Shown here: positions 54,425 through 64,000 of the stretch, piece after piece
Position numbering within the stretch: the first letter of the stretch is position 1
How the letters are laid out: every line of letters starts with the position of its first letter
Source: the human T2T-CHM13v2.0 reference genome, Homo sapiens
DNA: 64,000 nucleotides
Reading direction: 5' to 3' (one strand)
NCBI RefSeq assembly: GCF_009914755.1
Contig: NC_060930.1
Translations under genes and position numbers: made by a program
The notes under the pieces: generated by a model
What the model was told of the DNA's origin: nothing
Database searches by the model: none
Seen by the model: the letters and a program-made list of their open reading frames with translations, nothing else

Positions 54425-55679
54425 TCTACATTCTTTATTATTCAAACTACCTTACTTATCCAATAGTTTTGAGTTCCTGCTGTGTGCCTGTACTTTGCTA
54501 GGTCAAAGGGGTGGACAGATATGTAAGATACAGTTCTTGTCCTTAAGAGACATATATACAAACACATGTGATATACCGTGACAAATGCTGTGACGGGGTT
54601 AAACATAAAATACTTTAGGAATCCATAGGAGGTAGTGTCTTCTATGGATAAGGATTAGGCAGTATCTCCTATTCAGTAAGGGATGAAAGGATATGACAGG
54701 GAAATCTTCCTAGGAAAGGTGACACTTAATCTGAGTGTATATCAGATAGGCAAGGAAGAGAGTTACAGGCTGCAGATAGGTCTTTTTAGATAGAGAGAAA
54801 CACCATGCATGAAAGATGGAGGTAGGAAAGTCCACATGTACACAGTAACTGTGTGTAGTTCTACAGTGCATTAGGTACCAGTGGTGGGTTAGCTGGAAGT
54901 GAGGTGGAAAATTAGAAAAAAGACAGAGCATCGAGATACCTGTATACTCCATAAAGGAGATTTAACTTCATCCTTCAAATGGATGGAAGACAAGTTCTTA
55001 AATTAACATTCTAGAAAGATTCTCTTGTTGTAGTGCACAAAATACCTTAGAAAAGAGCCAGACTTGGGAGGAAGAGGCAGGCATATAAGTATCTATTTGA
55101 GAGTTGATTAGGACCCAAATTAAGGCACTGATAATGGGGTAATTAAGAAGAATAGGTAATGTGTTTGAGAAGGAAATATTGAATGTGACATAAAGCAGTG
55201 AAGATCACACATGCCCTGGGTGCATAGTTGTGATGGTGATGTTCACCATTACAGAACAGACCAGGGTTGCAACAGGTGAGGAAGACATTTGAGTTCTGTT
55301 TGTTGATTTTAAGGTTCTATGGAGGGAGAAAGAGGAAGACTTCACTTGATATGGAGGAGATAGAGAATGCTTGTCTTGATTAGATAACATTTGAGCAGGT
55401 ACATGAATGAAAATAGAGGCAGTAGCAAATGCAGTGGCCTTTAAGTGGGATGTCCTTGCCATCTTCTAAGAGCAGGAAGGCCAATATAATTGGAGCTGGG
55501 GGGGGCGGGGTTGGGGGGTGGAAGTAGGGTAGATGGTATCCAACTGTGTATGCTGTTCATGTAGGGTGTTTAGACTGTGATAAGGACTTTAGATTTTACT
55601 CAGGATGGGGTAGGAAGTCACCAAAGGGCTTTAAGATAAAATCTAATTTGTATTTTCCCCCTCACTTCTTAGAACATTG

Positions 55680-57650
55680 TTTATTTATTGACATTTGTAT
55701 GTGTGTGGTTCTGTAACATTATTATGTATATGTATAAATTCATGTGACCTTCACAATTAGGTTATAAAAACTGTTTCATCATCATAAAGAGACTCCCTTG
55801 TTTTACCCCTTAAGTTTCACCTTTCCTTCCTGGCAACCACTTACCTGCTTCTGTTCTCTATCACTATAATTGTCACTTCAAGAATGTTACATAAATCGTA
55901 CATGATGTTACCTTTGGAGATGGGCTCTTTTTTTTTTCACCCAGTATAATCCCCTTGAGATCCTTCCAAATTGTTGCATTTATCAATATTTATTCCTTTT
56001 TAATGCTAAAGAGTTTACCATTGTATGGATATACCACAATTTGACTTTGGAATTTCCAACTTTGGGTTGTAAAAATAAAACTGCTGTGAACAGGTTTTAC
56101 AGGATTTTATGTGAAAATACGTTTTCATCTCTGTAGGATAAATTCCCAAGAGTGCAGTTGTTGGGTTGCGTGATAAATGTATGTTTAAATAAGAAACTGC
56201 CAGACTTTTCCAGAGTAGCTGTACAATTTTACATTCCCAGCAGCAATATGTGAGAAACCTACAGTTTCTCTGCATCCTCTCCAGCATTAGTATTGTCAGT
56301 ATTTCTTATTTCACCCAGTCTAATAGTATGTAGTGACCATTAATTTGCATATCCTTAATGGCTAATGATGTTGAACATATTTTCATGTACTTCTTTGCTG
56401 TCTACATATCCTTTGTGGTGAAATGTGTTCAAGTCTTTTGCTCATATTCTAATTGAATTGTTTTGTTTTCTTGTTGAGTTTAGAGAGTTCTTTACAAATT
56501 CTATATCCAAGTCCTTTGTTGAATACGTGATTTACAAATACTTTCTCCTAGTATGTGGCATGTCTTTATAGTCTCTTAACAGGGTCTTTTGCAGAGCAAA
56601 AAATTAGCTTTGATGAAGTTCATTTTGTGCATTTTTTTCTTTTATGGATTGTGCCTTTCTTGTCAAGTCTGAGAACACTGGCTAACCTTAGGTCCCAAAC
56701 AAAAAAGACTATCCTTCCTTTATTGAATTGCTTTTGTACCTTTGTCAAAAATCAGATAGCCGTAATTGTGAGGATCTATTTCTGGATTCTCTGTTCTGTT
56801 CCATTGATCTTTGTGCCTGTCCCTCCACCACTACCACACTGTTTGATTACTATTGCTATATAGTAAGTCTTAAAATTAGATAGTGAAATTCCTCCAACTT
56901 CATTCTCCTTTTTCAGAATTGCTTTAGCTATTCTAGTTCCTTTCCATGTAAAATTTAGAATCTGTAAAATGTCAGTTTCAGGGAAATTGACATTTTTATT
57001 TTGTTGAGTCTTCAATCCATGAACCTGGTATATGGTATGTCTTTTATTTAATTCTTTTATTTCTTTTGTCAGCATTTTTTAGTTTCTAGCATAAAAATCC
57101 CGTGCATGTTTTGTTAGATTTATACCTAGATATATATTTTTTAGAACAATTGTAAGTGATACTGTGTTTTTAATTCTGATTTCCAATTGTTCATGTCTAA
57201 TATGTGGCAGTATGGTTGGTTGATTTCTGTGAGTGGATCTTATATTTTGAGACTTTGCTAAATTATCAGTTTTAGGAGGTTTATTTTGTAGATTCATTGG
57301 GTTTTCTGATGTGCCTGTGCATAGAGACAGTTATTTACATTTTTTTCTTCCCAATCTGTATGCTTTTTATTTCCTTTTCTTCCTCTGCTACTTGCAATGC
57401 TGTTTCATAATAGTGGTGGGAGCTGACAAGCTTGTTTCTGATCTTAGTGGAAAAGCATTCAGTCTTTCACCAGTAAGTATATGTTAGCTGTAGGTTTTTT
57501 GTAGATGCTGTTTATCAAGTTGAGGAAGTTCCCTTTTTATTTGTAGTTTGTTAAGTGTTTTTATCATGAGTAGGTCTTCAATTTTGTCAAATGCTTTTTT
57601 CTACATCAATTGATATGGTCATATGGCTTTTATTCTTTAAGCTGGTAGCT
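55680..57650 (-). mobile_element. L1 (L1MB/MC/MD-type) ORF2 3' region and 3' UTR, degenerate
   Basis: Minus-strand ORF 56776-57075 ([26 protein letters not shown]) and 57079-57297 (YLGINLTK) resemble L1 ORF2p; frameshifted. Confidence 0.88.
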
Positions 57651-57659
57651 AGTGGTTAC

Positions 57660-58130
57660 TTACCTTTTTAAATATTCACTCTGCTGTGTGTGGAGTAGAC
57701 TTTGGAGATAGAGCAAAGATTTAAACAGGGAAAATATATTAGAAATTATTGTCATACTTAGATGATGGTGGCTGGGACCAGGACAGTAATAGGAAAGGGT
57801 GAGAACAGATCAGATTTTGGATATGTTTCAAACTCTGTGTGGGAAGGAATTGCTGATGAATTGGATCTGAGGCATAAAAGAGAATTCAAGGATGACAAGA
57901 GATTTTTGGCGCAAGCAATTGGAAGTATGGAGTTGCCATTGACTCAGTTTGGGAGCATGGTAAAGTAGCAAGTTTAGACTGAGCAATCAGGAGCCTTTTT
58001 TTTGGATGTGTTAACTTTGAAATGCCTTTTAGACATATAACCAGTGATATCAACTGGGCAATTCATTCGGTATAATGGAATTCAAGCAAGAGATTCAGAC
58101 TAGAAATATGAATTTGGGAGTATCAGTGGA
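57660..58130. mobile_element. L2 fragment
   Basis: GATGATGGTGGCT..GACCAGG; TTTGGATGTGTTAACTTTGAAATGCCT; AATTTGGGAGT. Confidence 0.65.
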
Positions 58131-59538
58131 GTTGATGTGAAAGAAGTTATAGTGGTATTTGTTTAAAACTATACCTGTGACTGCTTTCTAGTTACTGTAA
58201 TTTCAGATTTATTAGCAAAAAGCCAGACTCTTCTAACATGTGAAAGAGCTTTGTGAAAATTTGGATTAGTTCTGCTGTGTATGTGACATGAAATGCAACA
58301 GAAATTTTGTAATTGGGAGGTGATTTGGGGATGGATATTTAATATGTACTTAGTCATACTTATTTGATAGGTAAATGGCTGTTAACAGTGGTCATCTAAT
58401 AGTGTCTTACTAATTTTTAGAGCTTTGCCCTAAATCTTTATAAAATGAAGTAACTACATGTTGTGGAAAGGGTTTGACACTTATTAAGTGCCCGAATGAC
58501 TTTCTGTGGCAACATTTATCTTATAGATAAAAACAGCCAGAGAGATAAATGAAAAATAAAGATGAAAAACAGGAATGTAAAATAGCTGGCAAGGAGAGGC
58601 TTAGAGCCAGAAATACATCAGTAAAGGGAGCAGGTCAGTCTTAGTCACAGAGAATTTGTAGAAAGACATGTCTCCTGAGTCCCACTGTGATCATGTGTAC
58701 TTTAAATTCATGTAATTTGGAAAATTTTTTAAATGCCACAAGTTTTTTCTGTTGTAACTGATTATTAGCTCCAATAATATTTCCTTATTGATAATTTATA
58801 TCTTTCTAGCACTTCATTTTATTTACCCCCATTGCAAGATTGCCATGTGTATTATAATTATCTGTTTACTTTTCAGTTTCTCCCACTAAATGTCAGTTTT
58901 TATAGCATGAGTACAATACCTTGGCGCTTGAGCGCTCAGTAAATATTTGTGAATGAATGGACACAGACTACTAGAGTTTAGAGCTAGTAAACTTGATTGT
59001 TTTCGAAAGTAAATGAGCTTTTGGGATTCTGGAGTACAGGTTGTGGTTGAATGTCTTTCTGATGCTTCCAAACAAGCATTCTAGCCCTAGAGATTGCACC
59101 CATACATAGCAGCGTCACCAACCCAAGATTAGTGAGGCGTACATTTTGCCTCTTTTTTCTCTTTTCCCTAGTGGTAATGGATTTCTGCAAATTCGTCTAA
59201 ACTTTGGCCCAGATTTCTTGTGTTGAATGGAGTACACATTGCAAATAGTAGGCTAGGTTTAGAGTTGAGTCCATAATAGCATGTCTCCTAGGAAATTTCT
59301 TGTGCACATTTTAAAAGAAAGGAATGTTAATCTGTCTGTCTTCTACGCAGTCCTTCTGCCCATTTTCAGGTAGATGGTAGATGTATAGGCCAAGTTTCTC
59401 TTCAGTATTTTTATATACCTTTCCACTTTTGAGCTTTACAAGACAAAAATACCCTTAGCCCTTACTATTCCAATGCAGATTTAAATATTAGGAGATTGGG
59501 TATTTTTAAAACCATATATTCTTTTATTTCCAGATCCA

Positions 59539-59540
<2 letters not shown>

Positions 59541-59580
<40 letters not shown>
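59541..59580 (+). repeat. (GT)20 microsatellite
   Basis: Direct count; perfect. Confidence 0.97.
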
Positions 59581-59581
<1 letters not shown>

Positions 59582-60234
59582 TATGTGTCTGTGTGTACAG
59601 ATACATATATTGTGTTAGTCCATGGCAAATTAGTAAAGTTTGTAAAAAGAATGTCTTTCTCTGGTATTGTTGACACCAACATAGTAAGAATGTTTAAGTG
59701 CTTTGCATTAAGCATCTCAGGGAATAAGGAAAGGGAGCTGTATAAAATAATTCTTTGTCTAGTAGGACAAACTGTGTAGTTAACTGAGTCTCGTATAGAG
59801 GTGCCTGCCTCACATGATTATTGGGAGCATTAGATGAGTTTATGCATTATAAGTCATTTGACCTAGTGCCTAGCACTTAGTAAATGTAAGCTATTAATAG
59901 AAAATTTATTGCTATAAAATTATAAAAATAATAAACTTTAAACTTTATAATCATTTTTGTTATAACTCTTCACTTGGCTTTCTTGATACCATTCTTCCCA
60001 ACATTTTCTCTGCCTGATTTTTCTGACTTATTCTAAATTCTTCATCCTCAGGTCTCCTCTCTCTTACCTTTTTTTCATTATTCCCTGTGTCAGTGTCAGC
60101 ACCTTCTGCTGAAACTCACTACAGCGTATCTCTACAAAATCTCTTGCCTTTCTTAGGGAGGAAAGTGACATGATTCAGCCAGTTTTTAGGAAGCTAGCCA
60201 AGTTTGTTACCACTGTGAAACACAGTTTAGAAAG

Positions 60235-60524
60235 GCTTAGCCAGGCATAAGGCCTGTAATACTAGAGTCTTGAGAGGTTGAGGCAAGAGGATTGCTGAAG
60301 CCAGGAGTTTGAGACCAGCCTGGGCAACATAGCAAGACCCCATCTCTAATAAAAATAAAAAACTAACTCGGCAGGTAAAGTGCACCTGTAGTCCTGCCTA
60401 CTCAAGAGGCTGAGTTGAGAGGATCACTTGAGCCCAGGAGTTCGAGGCTGCATATCTATGATTACATGACAGCACTCCAGCCTGGAAAATAGAGCAAGAC
60501 CTTGTCTCTTAAAAAAAAAAAAAA
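60235..60524 (+). mobile_element. AluJ
   Basis: Diverged dimer with poly-A. Confidence 0.87.
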
Positions 60525-61214
60525 GAAAACCTTAAGAGTAGAACAAGCAGTCAAACAAGAGGTCATGGTGTTAGGTGATTGCCCAGATAACACATACTTG
60601 AACAAGGACATTGTGGTGGAAAAGAGAAATTTTTGTGAAAGTAATCAGTGAAACTTTGCCATTGATTATATGTGGAGAGGAAAAGAATTGAGAACTCTGA
60701 GGTTTCTAGCTTCAGAAGCATGTCATTTATAATTAACAGAGAAATACATTAGTGAGTAGGAGGCAGTGAGTTGAGTTTTGGACAAGGTGACTTTAGGTTG
60801 CCAGCATGGTATTGTCAGGCTATTAGTTTACTTGTTCCAGTCCCACCCCTCCCTTCCGCCTCCCTCCTTCCCTCACTCGCTCACTGAATTCCATTGCTAT
60901 TAGTCTAAGAACTTCCCTTTAGGAAAAGTAATTTTTTTTAGTCACAGTCAGCAGTAGAGCTTGAAATTTGTGGAGACCAATTCCCCATTTCCTACCCACA
61001 TTCTCATTATCCTCTTTTGGTCCGTTTCCCCAGGGAAAAAGGTGAAGATTATTTAGAATAATATCTACTACCATCATTACTACCACCCCACCCCACCTCA
61101 CCTCCAGGAAATTGGTAGAAAAGTTTATATATAGATATGTATGTATGTATGTATTATATATATAAAAAATATATGTGTGTATATATAACATATATATAAT
61201 ATTTACATACATAT

Positions 61215-61507
61215 ATTTGAGACAGGGTATTACTCTGTCACCCAGGCTGGAGGGCAGTGGTACAATCATAGCTCACTGCAGCCTTAACTTCCTGGGCTCA
61301 GCCTTAACCTCCCACCTTAGCCTCCCAAGTACCTGGGACTACAGACACCAGCCACCATGCCTGGCTAATACTTTTTTTCTAACTTTTTGTAGAGGCAGGG
61401 TTTTGCTGTATTGCACAGGCTAGTCTCAAACTCCTTGGCTCAAGTGATCCTCTTGCTTTGGTCTCCCAAAGTGCTGCGATTACAGGTATGAGCCACTATA
61501 CCTGACC
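61215..61507 (-). mobile_element. AluJ with (TA/TG)-rich decayed tail at 61127-61215
   Basis: Diverged reverse dimer. Confidence 0.87.
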
Positions 61508-62689
61508 TAGTTTTTTATTTTTACATCAAATAAATGAAGCAACTTGGCAGGGCTCTTTGAAGAAAAATACAATTTTATGAAGTGTTTGTGATTAAAATAT
61601 TAATAAGCAGAGTAACACCTCATTCATCTAGTATTCTTAGGTAGTAAGTACATAAAATGATTGAAACTTACTCCTGAATCTATTTTAGAGATTTTATAGA
61701 GATTTTACAATATATTATGTATATTGTGTGTAGATAAATATAGATATTCATACCTCCAAATCTATTTCTTTATAATGTTTCACGTACTTTGCTGCTTTCT
61801 GAAATAGTAACACCTCCTCCCCTCCCCCACTTTTACCCTGCATACTAAACCTTTTCTGGAAGATAGAAATAAACATTTTGTTTCAGAGCTTCAGAATGAG
61901 TCAGGAACCCTGGGTTCTAGTCCAAGGCCTGGCACTAAGTTGCTATATGAGAACTGAATCATAGATTCTAGAACAGTGCCTGGCACGTAGTAGTGCTTAA
62001 CCAATATGTTTGGAATGAATCATTGTCTTGTGCTGACTTTAGTGCTCCTTCCTTGATTTATTACTTGGAATTCATTGCTGCCTAGTAAATAAGCTTCTGG
62101 GTTCTTAATTAAATAGGAGTATCTAGGTTCTGATAGAGGTGAACTATAAGCCTAATTTATGTCTGTTTTAACTCCTTAGTGGAACTTTTGGCTTATCTTG
62201 ATGTATTTTCTGGTACTCGAAGTTGCCAAACAGATGATCTTCTGTGCTTGATTTATTGGGGGCACTTGCTGAGTACTTTATATGTGCCTATATTATGTAT
62301 ATGCAGTGTTCTATGTGTAAGCACATAGCACATGTCTCCGGGGATCTTATAACTTAGATGAAGAGACACAGAAGTAGACTGTAAGAGAATAATTAAATGT
62401 TGATTCATAAAGCATTGACCTACAGCTACATTAGTAGTTGTAGGAAAAGATCCATGTGGGCTGAAGCAGGATAAAAAGAATTCAAGTAGAAGGTGAAATT
62501 GGAATTGGTTTTGAAGAGGTAGTTAAGATTTTGATAAGCCTCAAGGTGAAGACATAACATTCTAAGCAAGGGCAGTAGTGTAGTAAGCAAAGAAAGGAAA
62601 GTGTGGGTTGAACATGTTCAGACAGGCCTGCCCAGATTCCTAAGGGTGTGGGGACTGCTGGGAAATAGAAGCAGGTGAATTTAATAGAG

Positions 62690-63260
62690 TAGTTTTAATC
62701 TGCAAGACCCTGAAGGGATCCAGGGATACAATTTAGAGGGCTGCATGCATTTAGATAAAAAAAAAAAAAGTGACATCTTTATATTTTTATGAACTTTGAA
62801 CTGAAATTTAGCATTTCCTTTTAATAAGATTTTAAGCGGCAGACTACAGTAATATTAGCAGTACGTATATCTTTTATTACTAATAGAAAAAGCACAGATA
62901 TTTTCAGATTACAGCTGTTGATATCTCTATAATTTATGCATATTACTACTTCAGAATTATGGTTTTTATTAGACTCCCACTAGATTTTATTGTATTATTA
63001 CTAAAGAAGCATATGTATGAATATATCACATACAAGGTTTTTAAAAACACTTGATAACTGTTTCGGTATAATTGGTTTTCTTAGTAATGTATATTTTATT
63101 TTATGCATTTAAAACCATATTTTCAAAAACAATTAACTATATTTTAGTAAAACTGGCTTTCTTTATAATCCTAGATATTGTATTTTATGCATTTAAAACC
63201 ACTCTGAGGGGGACTCTGTAGCTTTCTCCAGACTGCCAGAGGGATTCATGACCCCCGATC
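62690..63260. mobile_element. MER113/MER112-like hAT-Charlie relic
   Basis: AACTGAAATTTAGCATTTCCTT; TTTTATGCATTTAAAA; CCAGACTGCCAGAGGG. Confidence 0.6.
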
Positions 63261-63867
63261 TAGTGGAACCAAACTGGAGAAGGCATTGAAAAACCACACT
63301 GAGGGGTTTTAGCTGAAGTGATAAGCAGGAAAGGAGCCTTGCCAATTTTGTTCATTTGTTTGTTTTGTTTCAGTTACAGAATAGATGTGTTAACATAGAA
63401 AATTTCAAAGTTTCAACCAGTTTAGAAAAAAGGGTCAAACTCTTCTTAGCTCACAATTGTAGATAAACTGTTTAAAAAAATAACAGAAACTCATCTTGTA
63501 ATACCACAGTCACTATCCTTCCTCTTTTATTATTTATCTGTTTCAGTTTATTAAATTCCTCTGCAATTGAGTGAAATATTTAAAGTGGTTATATAGGAAA
63601 CTTTCTTAATCTCTTATACTATACTTACACAGAGGGTGGGAAGACTGGCAGGGAGCTAAGCAGTGGGTCTGGTCATTTATATGTTGGATGATAGGGATAG
63701 GGTGGTAAGCAGTTAGAGATAGAGTAAAATTGCAGGAGATATTGGAAAGAAAAAATAATAGAACTTGGTGGTATGGGAGCTGAGATGCATGGAGTCAGGT
63801 AAGAGAGAGTATCAGGAAGAAAGTTAAGTATAGGGTGCCTAAATTAGGATTCCTAGAATAATATTAT

Positions 63868-64000
63868 ACAGGTCCACAATGCTTTATCTGAAACCCTGAG
63901 GCCAGCTGTGTTTTGGGATTCAAACATTTTTGGATTTGGGAAAGGTAACGTGTATATTGTATATTACATAACTCTCCCAGCAAGGTCTGAGGTATCATCC
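63868..64000. mobile_element. MER46/Tigger4-like fragment running off the window end
   Basis: TA-CAGGTCCACAATGCTTTATCTGAAA...GTGTTTTGGGATTC. Confidence 0.5.

Noticed and set aside
56015-57297. ORFs resembling a reverse-transcriptase-associated protein
   Set aside because: Frameshifted remnants of L1 ORF2, not a gene or active element
58663-58672. p53 half-site AGACATGTCT
   Set aside because: No adjacent second half-site

Overview
Primate (very probably human) genomic DNA with no credible protein-coding exon. Most of the window is interspersed repeats: about 32 Alu/FLAM/FRAM copies, old L1, L2 and MIR fragments, THE1, MER4 and MLT1 solo LTRs, and MER20/MER5A/MER1A/MER2/MER3/MER113-type DNA transposon relics. 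It also holds a 3'-truncated 7SL RNA pseudogene (17181-17398). The one clear gene landmark is a CpG island promoter (~42670-44450) with YY1, ETS/GABP, E2F and GC-box motifs and a non-coding first exon ending at a strong donor (AGG|GTAAGC, 43852/43853), followed by at least 20 kb of intron. From memory this exon matches the 5'UTR of TAB2 (6q25.1); that identification is recall, not a search. I found no novel protein-coding system. The best leads are regulatory or structural: a candidate TDP-43-repressed cryptic exon beside (GT)20 in intron 1, a kB+STAT6 composite site upstream and a kB/AP-1 cluster in intron 1 (possible pathway feedback), an antisense YY1/Kozak ORF in the island, a 7SL-Alu composite, a switch in retroelement orientation across the window, and several template-switch or tandem-duplication scars. 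Repeat subfamily names and boundaries are by-eye estimates.
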